Assembly (NCBI GenBank): GCA_002269645.1 | Contig: NIVC01003100.1 | Location: 34,821 to 92,225, forward strand | Origin: Macrostomum lignano | Taxonomy: Eukaryota | Reading direction: 5' to 3' | Length of the DNA stretch: 57,405 bases | In this document: positions 10,889-24,295 of the stretch, piece after piece | How the letters are laid out: every line of letters begins with the position of its first letter | How positions within the stretch are numbered: the first letter of the stretch is position 1 | Position numbers and translations under genes: made by a program | Notes under the pieces: generated by a model | Seen by the model: only the letters and a program-made list of their open reading frames with translations | What the model was told of the DNA's origin: nothing | Databases searched by the model: none

Positions 10889-13370
10889 AGACCTGGCGTT
10901 GGCTGCAGCTGATTGGGTCTGTTTGGTTTCATTGATGCCAAGACACCAAGAGTAAGCTGAGCATGAGTTGAGTGTCCTTTATGCAGAGGCGGGCAAGTTG
11001 GAGCTGGTAAATTTAGCAGAAGATTCGAGGCGATTACACTTTCAATCTAAGAAATAGCTGATGAATTTAGACCAGATGATAAAGTTTACCAGATACTAGC
11101 GACTAGAACTCTGGACCGACAAACCCATGAGAAACGTTTGCCTGCCTCAGCGGTTGAAGCGTAGGTGCAGTCAGCTTCCAGTAATCAAGTAATCAATAAT
11201 TCTACGTCGTGTTTTTATTCCGTTGGGAAAATGATGCATTGTCTATTCAATTGTCTATTTAAAATAATGTCTGCTTTAATCAAGCCTTTAACTTAATTTA
11301 AGGTTTTATTTTTCCTAGTTTGTATTGGTTTGATGTCTAGTTTATTAAATTAACGCCTAATTAATCCAGTCACATTTAAATAGACTGGTAAACCTAGAAA
11401 TTGCATGCTCTTAATTATCTGCAAGGTTGGGAGAAAATTGGGCCAAAGCCAATTGCCTAACATCTTATAAGAACGATTCCAAAATAAGCCACGTGTCAGT
11501 GATGTTCACCCAAATGATGTTCATCAAATTCAAAGTGTCTTTTGGAAGAAAAAGATCCCCTCTCCTCCCCTCCATCATTTCTCCTATCCCCGAGCCTCTT
11601 CTGTCTTCTCTTTCATCTCTCCCCTCTCCTCCCTCCCCTCTTTCCCCTTTTTTCTCTCTCTTCCACTCTCTCCCCTCTCCCCTCTACTGTCTCCACTTTC
11701 TCTCCTCTCTCCGCTTATCTTCTATCTCTTCTCTTATCTCATCCCATCTCTCATCTCTCATTTCTCATCTTCCATTCCCTCTCATTTCCACTCTTATCAG
11801 ACCCGGAGTCATAAATTGGATTCTTTATCTGCCCTTGAGGTAAAAAAGTTTGCCGAGCCCGGTTCGATCAGAGACTCCGGGAACGCCATCGCACGACCTA
11901 CCGGTATCACTATCACCCCCTCTGCACTAATATTGTCATGGACAGCTTCTCTCAAAAAACTGAATTTTTTCTCTATTTGTCGATTTTATTACCAAACTAA
12001 AGTGTTATCAATTATCAACATGGTAGAAGTATCAAGTTCTCATATTTGATAAATATTATTACATTTGCTTAGTTTTTGCCAGAATAGGACCACACGAAAC
12101 TCAAGGACATTGTTGAACATATTTGTTGCAAACCTTCTGAAACAAGATTTAAGTCACTGCTCCTTCAGGTTCAGACCAGAACAGAAAATCGATTCAAAAT
12201 AAGAGTTGCTATAATAGAATAAGCTTGGTACTTCTACTGTTAATTTGCTCGTCCTAATTGCTAAATATTTTTTTTTATCATTTGTCACTGTTTTTGTTTT
12301 CTCATTGTTTTTGCTGATGTCTTGCATACTTAATATGTTTAGTTACTCTCGAATACTATAGCAGTATAATTAACTTTCTTCCTTTACTTAGACTTACGCT
12401 CGTAGGCAGACTTCTTTAATATTTTACTTAAAATCTACATAACGATCCCATCGAACCTTAAAAATTTATTCCAGTTATATTTTTACTCTCCTAATTCTGT
12501 ATGTGTTTGCGTCGTTTTAAAATTCTGCTCCGTCTATTTTATTCAAAATACACCTTTTGACGTGAATTAAGTCAAATTTTGTTTTGCCTTTGTCCTTACT
12601 ATTAATAAATCTCGTTTGAATGTAACTTAAGATTTAGGAATTTATGCAAAAATATCGAAAGTTCCGGGGATTATACGCTCGTATTACCGCTGGTTTTAAC
12701 AGCTTGTAAGTTATATTCTGCAACGCACAAGCTGCAAATCTGTTGGTTTTCGTGTGTCAACCAACTGCAGTCGGATGGACCGATAAGAAAGTTCTTTTCG
12801 ACTTAATAAAAAAATTGGGGTCTACGACAATTGACTGCCACAATTTGACCGCCCTAATTTGACAGCGGTCAATTTTACTGCGGACAATTTGATCGCCGAC
12901 AATTTGACTGCCGACAATTTGACTGCCGACAATTTGACTGCCGACAATTTGACTGCCAACAATTTGACTGCCGACAATTTGACTGCCAACAAAATGACTG
13001 CGGAAATTTGAATGCCTCAAGTACTACATGTACGTCGTACATCCTTTTTATCTATGCATTGATCGTATTTATGCAGTACTTACAATTCGCTCTTTACGAG
13101 TGAAGATGCAAGCTACACTTTCCTTCCAGCAATACATGCATGTATATGTTATAACGAATGTTCAAATGGATCATCTATACGTAGCTGCGTTCTGTTGAGC
13201 TGAGTGCTTTTTATAAAGCTAACTTAGCATTAAATTTAGCTTTTGACTATTAGTCTGTTAGGCTATTATTAGGTTTTATAGAACGCGTCTGTGGCATTTC
13301 TTTTAAGTCTGGACGATTTAATAAGATTCAAATTTATGAGATTAATATGACATAGAAAAAAAAGAAAGGA
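10889..13370. repeat. 3' flank of copy 1, part of the duplicated unit (homologous to flanks at 22121-24090, 46469-49750, 52786-54760); includes a CT-rich low-complexity tract at ~11550-11800
   Basis: Shared blocks after each stop codon, e.g. gaagacctggcg.tg..tgcagctgatt.ggtctg, gactggtaaacc, agaacgattcca, aggaccacacgaaactcaagga, gatttaggaatttatgcaaaa. Confidence 0.85.
12830..13010. repeat. Minisatellite, 15-bp unit (aatttgactgccgac), ~11 copies
   Basis: Direct reading; a homologous array lies at 48575-48715. Confidence 0.9.
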
Positions 13371-13718
13371 TACTTAATGTCATTAACTGCCCGCTAATTT
13401 TATCCCACTTTGTCAAGGACACAAATGTCTATGGCACAATAATGGCACAATAATCTCACTGGGCTGGAAAATCAGAGGTATCGCGGACAGAAAATTGAAG
13501 TATCGCGCTTGGGCCTCACTGCTATATATCATTCACTGTGTACATCACTGCTATGTATTTGACTGCAGTGCCAAAGCATATATGGCTGATGCTAAAAATG
13601 GTCTATCTGTGTGTGCCCCTGGTCTCGGGTGCTTGCTACGTCTGTTGGATGCTTGCTGACTGGCGCCACTATATAGTAGTCGTATATGCAAGGGATAGAA
13701 GAATGCTCAGCGGCTGCG

Positions 13719-14835
13719 TGCTGTCTGGGGGATGCTTGCTGTCTGGGGGATGCTTGCTGTCTGGGGTATACTTGCTGTCTGGGGGATACTTGCTGACTGG
13801 GGGATTGCTTGCTGACTGGGGGATTGTTTGCTGTCTGGGGGATGCTTGCTGTCTGGGGGATACTTGCTGTCTGGGGGATGCTTGCTGTCTGGGGGATGCT
13901 TGCTGTCTGGGGGATGCTTGCTGTCTGGGGGATACTTGCTGTCTAGGGGATTGCTTGCTGACTGGGGGATTGTTTGCTGTCTGGGGGATACTTGCTGTCT
14001 GGGGGATGCTTGCTGTCTGGGGGATACTTGCTGTCTAGGGGATTGCTTGCTGACTGCCATGCTCGCTGTCTGGGGGATACTTCCTGTCTAGGGGATTGCT
14101 TGCTGACTGCCATGCTCGCTGTCTGGGGGATACTTGCTGACTGGGGGATTGCTTGCTGTCTGGGGGATGCTTGCTGTCTGGGGGATGCTTGCTGTCTGGG
14201 GGATACTTGCTGTCTGGGGGATGCTTGCTGTCTGGGGATGCTTGCTGTCTGGGGGATGCTTGCTGTCTGGGGGAGGCTTGCTGTCTGGGGGATACTTGCT
14301 GTCTAGGGGATACTTGCTGTCTGGGGGATGCTTGCTGTCTGGGGGATGCTTGCTGTCTGGGGGATGCTTGCTGTCTGGGGGATACTTGCTGACTGGGGGA
14401 TTGCTTGCTGTCTGGGGGATGCTTGCTGTCTGGGGGATGCTTGCTGTCTGGGGGATACTTGCTGTCTGGGGGATGCTTGCTGTCTGGGGGATTGTTTGCT
14501 GTCTGGGGGATGCTTGCTGTCTGGGGGAGGCTTGCTGTCTGGGGGATTGTTTGCTGTCTGGGGGATGCTGGCTGTCTGGGGGATGCTTGCTGTCTGGGGG
14601 ATGCTTGCTGTCTGGGGGATACTTGCTGTCTAGGGGATTGCTTGCTGACCGGGGGATGCTTGCTGTCTGGGGGATACTTGCTGTCTGGGGGATGCTTGCT
14701 GTCTGGGGGATACTTGCTGTCTGGGGGATGCTTGCTGTCTGGGGGATGCTTGCTGTCTGGGGGATACTTGCTGTCTAGGGGATTGCTTGCTGACTGGGGG
14801 ATTGTTTGCTGTCTGAGGAATGCTTGCTGTCTGGG
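13719..14835. repeat. Minisatellite, 18-bp unit (tgcttgctgtctggggga), ~60 copies with variant units
   Basis: Direct reading. It generates the spurious LLSGGC / CCLGDA / LAVWGM ORFs in the track. Confidence 0.97.
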
Positions 14836-15221
14836 AGATATTACATTCTTTCTTTGCTCCCCAACGAGGGGCGTAGATTGCTAAGATTTCAAAGCTCACT
14901 GGGCTGGGTAAATTGCGTAGATGTCAAGGCTCGAGTTTAATTGCTGCGATGTCGATGTTTAATGAGGGAATTCCTCAGATGCCAAGACTTACTGGGGAAA
15001 TTACTGAGATATCAAGGCCTACTGGGGTCTTGAGATAGCCCTTGGAATATCATGGCTCATAGGGGATGGCTGAATTGTTGGGGAGGGGGTTAGGTTGCTG
15101 AGTGATTGTAAGATCGTCAAGTACATGTAGTACGGCTCAAGTAGCTCATGTATTTAAGATAATAGAATAGTACACAAAAGTGATGCTGATTTCTTTTAAT
15201 AGGCAATACCAGTGTATTTAA

Positions 15222-17956
15222 TAAAATCAGCAATGAGACCACGACCGGCTCCACTGTCTTTAGACTGCCTCTCAGAACTTTGGAAACGGCGCGCCTGTCT
15301 GAGATTTTCCCGGCTTCAAAACCTTTGAATTCTGATGAAATCGACAACCTATTTAAAGAGTTTGCTGAAGATTTGACGGAAATCTTACTGTTTTTGAGCA
15401 GCGTCAGGACTATTCAACTCTCTGAACTGGAAGCTGATGGCAAGCTGACTAAAGTCTTTGAAACAAGCTCGACTATATCGGACCCATCGGCCTGCATTCG
15501 GTTCAGAGGCGAGTGTCAGAGAATTGGCAGGCAGCTGATTCAGAAAGATTTCGATCCGAAACTCCTGCATTCGTGCACGCAGGAAGTGTATGAGGCTACT
15601 ATATCTTCCCAAAACAGCTTTTCACCAGAAAGCTTAGTTTCCATCAGCAGTAAGTGGATTGTAGCCCAGCAACTCGGGATGCCAGCTGACTCAGCGAGCG
15701 TCATTCCTAGCAAACACGAGAGCAAGCTTGGCTATGCTGTTGCCAATGGCGAGTGGAAGGCACTTCCGAAAGTAGGAGTGGCAGCGCGGCTTGATCAGAG
15801 CCAAAAGTCACAGCAAAAACACCGCGTGTTCAACCTGCTGCCGCTTCCCCTGACAACAGATCTGCCTGTTCACATCAACGGCCACTTTGCCCTTGACCCG
15901 TCTCGCCGCAGCCTGTGGGAGGCTCATTCTAGCGATGCCTCTGCCGAATGGAACAATCTGCTAGTGAGCACTGCTCTTCCTGTGTGCTACGCAACTCTTC
16001 TTGAGGCGGCGACGCAGTTTCTGCCACTGGGACAACAAGTCAAAAGTGATGAGAATTCATCTGGCTTTGAACATTATTACAGTTTGTTTCCAAAGGCAAA
16101 GGATGAGAAACCCGGCAAGTCCCACTGGAACACAGTGGCGATTGAATTCTACCAAGATTTGTTTAAAAACCGGCGCAGAATTTTTCCAGTCGTTGAACTG
16201 ACTAATCAGAGCAGCATGATTCGCTGGCTCCCTCTTGCTTAAAGCCCTCAGTCAGTAGATGGGGAGTCCGCCTTTCTACAAGAGAATTTGTCTAAAGATG
16301 TGTCGGAAGTTTTGCAACGTCTGGGCCTTCCTCTCATCGTCAAAGGGCGTCGCTTTACTGACTGCATGAAAAACAGCCGGCTGAGCCATGTTCCCAATGC
16401 GAATCCGGAGAATATAATCAACTACTTGAAGGGAGTCCGCTGCTCGGCGTTGCGCGACTCTCTTCCAAGGCAGGTCGAGCTGACTCCATTTGCCGGAGTA
16501 CCGGGAGTCGAGACTTTGATGCACTACTTGCTCACCAATCTGTCTCTTGAGGATTAAACCGACACTAAAGACTCTGAAAGTGGTTCTGTTGAGATTCGGC
16601 GTATGGCCTCGCTAATCAGCACACCATTGAATCTGACCGCTGATGGAATGCTTCGAATTTTCAAGGCGGAGAATCCTTCATTTCTCACAGAATACGTGCG
16701 ACTGATACCAGCCAAATCTACCGACTTGCTTTCGCAGTTCTGCCACAAAAAGATTCAAGAGGTTTTTAAGCCGCCCCTAGCACCGCTTTTTGTTGGATAT
16801 TTTTCAAGCCCCAACCGCTGTCCCAGTGCTTACAAATCCGGGCTGTACCGCGAATTTAGCATTGCTGAATTCCGCCATTGTCTTGGCAACTTCTTGCCTG
16901 CCTGCTGCTTTCCTAACGGCCCGTTTACTCCGCTAGCTAGCATTGAGACTCAGCTGAGGGGCTTAAAATTTGCAGACTGGATTCGAGACGTCTGGAAATT
17001 CCTCTCAGAGGAGTACGATAGTAGTTACTCGCAGAAAAGACCAGAAATCAAAGATTTTCTGTCTCCTGTTTCCGACGCAGCCCTAGTGCCAGCCAGCTTT
17101 GACTGGGAGAAACACATTTCGAGCTGCAATTGCCTGTTTAAAGTATCCCATGCGGCTTCAGTGTACAAAAAGTCTACACGTAGACCGCAAGATTTAGAAA
17201 AGGAAATCGAAGAGGCACTATGTCAGCTAAAGGCTCCAGTTTTAACAATCTATGACAATAAATTGATCAAACTAGTAGGGAAATTGGAGGAGCCCAACTC
17301 GATGCTTGCTGTGCTCCGCTACGCACTTAACGAAAATCCTCACAAACCGCGCCATCTGCCTTCTGCTGACATGGCGAACAGTTTTGCCTGCTTTGTTCAG
17401 CAACATCAAGGTGCAATGGAGCAGATGATGAAGCGCAACAAATTGATTAGTGAGTTGCAGCGTCTACCGATTTTTGTAACTCTCAGTGGCGAGTGCGTTG
17501 CGCTTGAGAATGCAAGCCCCGCAATTCTACCGGCCGACCTGGTGTCTAAGGAGATGCACCTGTGGAGCCGAGCAGCCCAGTTTGTCTTCTTAAGAAAAAA
17601 CTTTCAGCTCGAGAAATTGCATAGCCTAATGGGATGCAACGAACTAAGTGAATTTGCAGCCTATGTTGACTTTATCCTACCGGTTTTCGACTATTTTTCA
17701 AACCATACAAAGCAAGCTCACCTGCAGAAACTGAATTCACTCGCTTGGGATTTTCAGGGATTGAGTTATTGCAATCCTAGTGAAAGTCGCTCGTTTGAAG
17801 ACTCGCTGAAAAACGCCAGAATTGTTCCGTTTCAGCAGTCCTGGTCCTGGTGCAGAGCCAGCAACTTTTTCGACCATCGCGTGAATATTTTTCGAGAATT
17901 CTGTCCGTCAGAGGAATTCCTTCCACGCCAATTTCAGAAAGATGACATGCTCACAC
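15222..17956 (+). pseudogene. SACS-like: Sacsin-like copy 2, 5' remaining segment (5'-truncated, nonsense mutations)
   Basis: Homology to copy 3 begins at taaaatcagcaatgagacc (15222). CAA-to-TAA stops at 16240 and 16555. The segment ends at gatgacatgctcacac (17956), at the RTE junction. Confidence 0.92.
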
Positions 17957-20845
17957 AGTCCGTCAGCGTCCAGGTCTCGGCGTTGTACAGCAGGACGGTC
18001 TCGATTACCGCCTGGAACAGCGCCGCCCTCTGGCGGTCCGGTAGGGCCTCGGACTGCAGGACTGCCCTCACAGAACGAAAGGCAGCCCAGGCAAGCCCGC
18101 GGCGGCGTCGCAGGTCCTCGCGAGCGTCTGGAACCAGACCGCCGAGGTAGACGAACTGCTGACATCGCGGGAGTTCGGTCGCCTGCCCGTCAGCGCCTCG
18201 GCAAAATATTGCAGCCTCGATGTCGTCCGGCACGCAGAGCACAACGGTCTTCTGCGTGTTGACCACCAGGCCGACACTCGCCGCAACGGCAACCAGCCTG
18301 TCCAGCTGCCGTTGGGCGCCCTCGACGGTCGAGGACAGCAGGGCGAGGTCGTCGGCGTAGCCAAGCACGCTGAGCCGCTTCTCCGGTTGACGTCGACCCA
18401 CGCGTCGCTGCAGCAGAAAACCGTCGTCGTCGGTAGGAAGAGCAGTCCGCAGCACCCAGTCAAGCACCAGGACGAACAGGAACGGCGCCAGCGTATCTCC
18501 CTGAAGCACTCCGGAGGATGTCTCAAAGAAGTCCGATAGGCCGTCCGGTGTTGTCACAGCAGCTGTCGTATCACGGTACATCGCCATGACGGCGGAGATC
18601 AGCTGCTCAGGCACGTTGTACGCGCGGAGCACCATTGGAAGCACGGCTCTGACAACCGAGTCGAATGCCTTCTTGAAATCAATAAAGATTAAAATCAGTA
18701 TCGACTGACGAATCCGCGCCTCCTCGATGACTCGGCGAAGAGCCAGGATCTGTGCCACTGTGCCGCGATGGGGCCGGAACCCGTTCTGCTCTGGGCGCAG
18801 GTACGGATCCAGCACGGGCTGCAACCGCGAAAGCAGCATCCGGTTGAACAGCTTCGCTGCACAGGACTGAAGGCAGATGCCTCGATGGTCTTCAAGCCTA
18901 GTGGTGCCCGGCTTCTTTGGAACAGCGACGATGTGCGCCGTGGTCCATTCGTTGGGCGCCGCCTCACCGAAGAGCACGCGGTTCATCACTCTGGCGACCT
19001 CAGCGGCCACACAGGGGATGCGCAGCGCCTCGATGGGCACCTCGTCCGGACCCAGCGCTTTCCCGCCCGGTGACTGCTGGGCGAGCTTGACAACGTCGGC
19101 TGCGTTGACTGGGGCTACGCTGAAACTCTCCTCTGCCGGCAGCGGCGTCTCCGGCGGCAGCGTCAGACTGTCTGGCAGCGGGGGTGGTGGCGCGTTGACG
19201 ATGGCGGCGAAGAACTCGCGCAGCTCGTTCCTACGCTCGTCCGGCGTGTCACCAGCCAGGTTCAGCGGATTGCGCCGCTTTCGTCCCGTCAGAGCGTTGA
19301 TGGCGGACCAGGCCACGCGCCCTCTGGCATCGGGTCCAGCGGCAGAGACAGCCTGAATGGCGTCATCGACAGCCGCTTGTTGGCGCTGCAGGTAGACAGC
19401 TGCCAGAGCTGCCTCTGCCTCGCGGGTTGGTCGCCTGCTCAAGCGGAGCTTCTCCAGATCTTCCCTCGCTGCCTGAATCGCAGGGTCGTCCTGCCAGACC
19501 GGCTGCCCACGTGGAGCCGGCTGCATCTTCGGGACTGCTTGCTCCGCGGCGGTTCTGACTGCAGCGCATACTTCCGCATACTCGGCACTTCCACGCTTGT
19601 CGCCCAGCGCGGTGTTAAAGGCGCTAGCAAAGCGACGCTGCGTATCGGTGGCTCTGAGCGCGCGGTAGTAGCGCCGCGGTGGCCGCTTCGGCGGACGGTA
19701 GAGCGGATCGCGAAGGTTGAGGTCGCAGATGAGGAGCCGGTGATCGGACCGCAGAGCCAGCGGCGTGATGGTGCGGCAGTTGACGGCGCGACGACGCTCA
19801 CGGAAACGCACGAGCACGTGGTCGAGCTGTGCTTGTTTCGGGTTGCGTTCCTGCCACGCGCGTTCCGTCGCCTCCGCTTGCAGCCCACGAAGGTTGCGAG
19901 ACCGCTCAGTGGCTTGCGGAAGCGGGTGTTGGCCGACACCATGTCCTGCCTCTCCAGGAAGTCCTCCAGTGCCTCGGTGTTGTTGTTCCCGCGTGGCGTC
20001 ACGAACAGCGACCTCTCGGACCTACGCAGGACTGCGTTCAGGTCTCCGAGGGCGACCGCTGTGTCACGCTGCGCCGTCGCCTCTACCTGCACTGAGAGCT
20101 GCTCGAAAAACTCTTGAGCCTCGTCAGGGCGTGTGGCAGGGGGCGCGTACGCGCAGAACAGGCGAGCATTCCGACCGCGTAGCCGGACGTCGATCCGAAG
20201 CAACCGGGGGGACAGGGAGACGCAGCGACAGCTCTGCTGCAGCCTCGGCCCGATCAGCGCTCCAACTCCTCCACGGCCTCGCTGGTCCGCAGAAGTATAG
20301 TAGAGGGTCCACCCGGCGCCCAAGTCCTCACAATGAAGTCCCGGGTCGGCCTTGATAGGCACCTCCTGCAGCGAGATGATGTCGCAGCTCAGGTCGTACG
20401 CCAGCTTCGCCAGCTTCGCCAGCACCCCTCTACGCCAAGCAGCCTTGAGAGTGCGGCAGTTCAGCGTCCCGACCCGAAGCATGCCCTGTGGTACGGCTGG
20501 GGCTCGATGCAGTTGAGCCTCACGGTCCCCTGCGCCTCCCGGAGGATCCGAGTGGACCCGCGCGGCAGCTCGACGGGCGGCGCCACGCAGCCGGCCTCGT
20601 CGGTTCCGCTCACGCCGGCGCTCAACACGCCGACGGGCGCTCCGCTGCCCTCGCTTGGTCCTGCCGCATTTGGCCGCCGCAGCAGTTAAGCGCGGCTCTC
20701 CGCTCTGACCACGAGGAGGTAGCGGCATTTATCTGCACCGTGGTGCAAATAAATTAAGACTGCAAATAAATTAAGGCTGCAAATAAATTAAGACTGCAAA
20801 TAAATTAAGACTGCAAATAAATTAGGACTGCAAATAAATTAAGAC
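17957..20845 (-). mobile_element. RTE-clade non-LTR retrotransposon (APE endonuclease + reverse transcriptase), 3'-truncated, inserted in copy 2
   Basis: APE: MLRVGTLNCRTL, ISLQEV, GGVGALI, CAYAPP, LGDLNA, SDHRLL. RT: GKALGPDEV, IVAVPKK, RGICLQSCAAKLFNR, EQNGFRP, IDFKKAFDSV, GVLQGDTLAPFLF, YADDL, NTQKT, YLGG. Single ORF architecture with one frameshift near 19835; translation breaks off at YNAETWTLTD. Confidence 0.93.
20744..20845. repeat. 17-bp tandem repeat x6 (tgcaaataaattaagac) at the 5' end of the RTE
   Basis: Six contiguous units, 20744-20845, with single-base variants. Confidence 0.95.
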
Positions 20846-22120
20846 CTCACCTCACAACAAACATCAAGGCTGCAGTTCATGATGATGCTTGGAGATTTCA
20901 GAAACATTCGCCAGATGCTGCAAGAGGAAAACATTCGCTTTAACGGCCTGAGCGATGACTTGAAGGACGTGTGGCATGGAGTTGAGCTGGGAAGTCCGGT
21001 AAGTCCGATGGACGCATTGCAACTCGAGCCGTTGGGCTTGACGCACCTGCAGCCAGACGACGTGGTAGCGTTTGCGGATCCCGAGGCCGGAGGGTCGCTG
21101 ATCTACGCCCGAATCGTCGAGTCACATGGCTCAGTCGATCCCAAGAGCGACGAAGACGAATCTGACAGCGGCGAGTGGAGCCTCGAGTTCACCATCGACT
21201 GCGGTCGTCAGTGCGGCCGAAAAGTGCGGGCGCCGGAGGCACTGCTGCAAGCTTTTGGAAAGATCGAGAATGAATTGGAGTTGCATGAGAACAACAGCGA
21301 CTGGGAACGCAGGATGGAGCAGCAGATTCACAGAGCGGCTCGCTTATCCGATAATTTCGAACGGAAGGCCGCCACTCAACGGATTCTCGACGCCTGCGAT
21401 TCAAACCGCTTCGACGAGGAGCAGCAGCCGGATCCCCAGGCGATTCGGCGGGTGCAGAGTCTCGCTCATGAGCAGCTGGGGGACAGTCTGTCTAACGGCG
21501 ACTGGGAGATGATGAGCAGAAATGCTGCCAGGGCTGCTCGTAGGTATCGATCGGCGCGAGCTGAAAGTCGCATGAATGGCGACTTCGGCTTCGGTGGCGC
21601 CGGCGGCGGCGGCGGTGGCGGTTTGGGTGGCGCCTTTTGCGGGGCCTTCAACGGCGCCAGGACGGATGGCGGCGGTGGCGGCAGTTTTGGCGGACCTGGG
21701 TGCATTCCTCCGTCGCTGGGTGAGGCGCAGCGCTATCTAAAAACGGCCCAAGGTGACGCGGAGGCGGCCGTGGCCACGGCGACTGGAGCGGGCGCTGAAC
21801 GAGCCTGCTGGGCCTGCTACCAGAGCTGGCAGGCCGCCGAGAAGGCGATGAAGGCCGTCGTTCTTGCCGAGAATCGACCGGCTGAGCGGAGTCACAACAT
21901 TTTGAGCCACCTGCTTCTCGTTGGCGATGAGCAGCTGCGGGACCAGCTGGAGCCGCTGGTGCACGACCTGCTGGCTGTACTTCACCGGGACCCGCGCTAT
22001 CCGCGTGATGGCGCCACGCCTTACGACGCGTTCCGCGCCGAGCACGCGCGACAGGCCAGCGAGGCGGCGGCCGGCATTGTGCGACTGGTGGAGGCGGCCG
22101 TCAGCGATGCCACCGATTGA
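20846..22120 (+). pseudogene. SACS-like: Sacsin-like copy 2, 3' segment: uninterrupted 413-aa ORF (20879-22120) with J-like region, G/F linker and HEPN
   Basis: Resumes at cctcacctcacaacaaacatc (copy-1 equivalent 9613). High identity to the C-terminus of copies 1, 3 and 4. Confidence 0.9.
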
Positions 22121-24295
22121 AGACCTGGCGTTGGCTGCAGCTGATTGGGTCTGTTATTTTTCATTGATGCCAAGACACCAAGAGTGAGCCGAGCATAAGT
22201 TGAGTTGCCTTTATGCAGAGGCGGGCAAACTGCAGCTGCTGAATTAAATAGAAGATTCAAAGCGGTCTCGCTTTCAAGTCTAAGAGATAGCTGATGATTT
22301 TAGATCAGACTAGATAGATAGAGACAAGCAAACCATTTTTACGTCGGACGAGCGTAGCATAGTGGATCAAAGTGTACCAGATAAGTCTAGAATTCTGAAT
22401 CGACAAACTCCTTAAAAACGTTTTCCTGCCTCCGTCGTTGAAGCATAGGTGCAGTCAGCTTCGAGTAATCAATAATTTTACGTAGTGTTTATATACCTTT
22501 GGTAGAATGAGACATCTTTGGTGACGGTATACGTTGTCCATTTTATCCAAGCCTTCTACTTAATGGTTAATTTAATTTTTCCCTGTTTGTTTTGGTCGGA
22601 TGTCTGATTAATTAGACATGACACCTAATTAGTCAAATTGACGCCTGATTAATAATGTCACAAATAAATTTCCTTGTAAATCTAGAAATTTTATGCTTCT
22701 AAAAAATCTACAAGGTTTAGAAAAATGTGCACCAAAGCTTTTTGCTTGACATCTTTTAGAACGATTCCACAATTACCCATGTCAGTGATGTTCTCACGCT
22801 CATTATGGAGAATTCAAAGCGTGTTTTTGGAGTAAAAGATCCCATACTCTCCCCTATTTTCTCTCCCATCTCCCCTTCTCTCTCCTCTCTCCCCTCTTCT
22901 CTCGCTTCGTTCCCCTTCCCCCTCTTCTCAACTCTCTCCCCTCTTCTCTCTCCTCTCTCCTCTCCTCTCCTCTCCCCTGTCCACTCTCCTCTCCTCTACC
23001 CCTCTTCTCCTCATCTTCTATCTTTTCTCTCATCCCATCTCTTTTGCTCTATTCTCTTCACTTATCTGTCGTCCTCTATTCCCTCTCCTTTCCACTCTTA
23101 TCAGAGCCGCAGTCGTGAGCTGGATTCTTCATCTGGCCCTTGAGGAAAAATGTTGCCGACCCCTGCTCGATCTAGAGCCTCCGGGAAGGCCATCCCACAG
23201 CCTACGAGAGGTCTCTCTCTCTACACTATTATTCGCATGGAGATAACTTGCTCAAAACTTTTTCTCTATTTGTAAAATTTATTACGAGTTACAGTTCCCA
23301 TATTTTCCCCAAGTTTTCTCAGCAAGAGCAGAATGAGAAAGTTGGTTAAATAAAGCTTGGTATTTCTACTTTTAATTTGATTTGTCAATATCAACTATTA
23401 TTTAATAACTACTCACATGCTCCTCATTCGTTTAGCTGTTGTCTTGCATACTTCAATAACTCTGTTTAGTTTCTCTTAACAGTATCTGATAACAGTATCA
23501 TTTTTTCTCCTTTTACTTAGGCTTAGACAGCAATCGATATCGCTTTTTTATTAGTTTACCTTAAAGCTACACATTAATCCCATCTCCTTACTACAAAAGC
23601 GATATTCAGTTATTCAGCTAGATTACTGTCCTAATGCTACAAGTGTGTACTTAGTCTTAGATCCTATTTTTTCAATCCATCCTAAAAATACACTTTTCGA
23701 TGTGAATTAACTCAAATTTTGTCCTTACTAATAATAAGTTTTTGTTTAAATTTGACTTACGATTTAAGAATTTATGCAAAAGTATCCGTAGTTCCGGGGA
23801 TTGGATTACCGCGGGCTTCAACTGCTCGTAAATATTTGGCAACCCACAAGCTGAAGATCTGTTGGTTGTCGTGTGTCAACTGCAGTCGAATGAAGAGATA
23901 AATGGATGCTTTTTGATGTTGGAAAGTTGACAATTTCTTCACCTAAATGTACGAGTATAGATTTCCGCTCTGCAAACGGAGCACCAGAAACTGCAAGTTC
24001 GGGGAGTTCTTCTGAATAAAATTATTTGAAACGAAAGGACCAAAGCTGGTGTCAATTTCGTGCCAAGTGCATGAGTGTCAGAACTTCTACCCCCCGTTCC
24101 AGACGGCAGCTAGCTCCACGAGTATACCCGTATGTAGCAAAGCCGCTTAACCAAAAGATAATTTGTCTATGGCTGGGGACCAAATGCTATGGCTGCATGT
24201 CTTTCATTCATGAGAAAACCATACAGGGAAATATGGAAAGGGAACTATTTGGGACCATAGATATTTATTAAAATCACTATCCTGCTTATAATATA

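Noticed and set aside
11427-11843. Ser/Leu/Pro-rich ORFs in CT- or GA-rich tracts (also 22805, 29065-30038, 31457-31934, 32402, 46867-47234)
   Set aside because: Low-complexity DNA; no domain signal.
11845-11900. tRNA/SINE-like B-box (ggttcgatc) in the repeated 3' flanks
   Set aside because: No A box or cloverleaf; too degenerate to support.
13538-14899. Many Cys/Gly/Leu-rich ORFs (LLSGGC, CCLGDA, LAVWGM)
   Set aside because: They are translations of an 18-bp satellite, open in all frames for compositional reasons. The same applies to ORFs at 12757, 32556-33421, 36210 and 37340.
19377-20757. Long Arg-rich + strand ORFs overlapping the RTE, and antisense ORFs over the sacsin exons
   Set aside because: Shadow ORFs of GC-rich coding sequence; no independent motifs.
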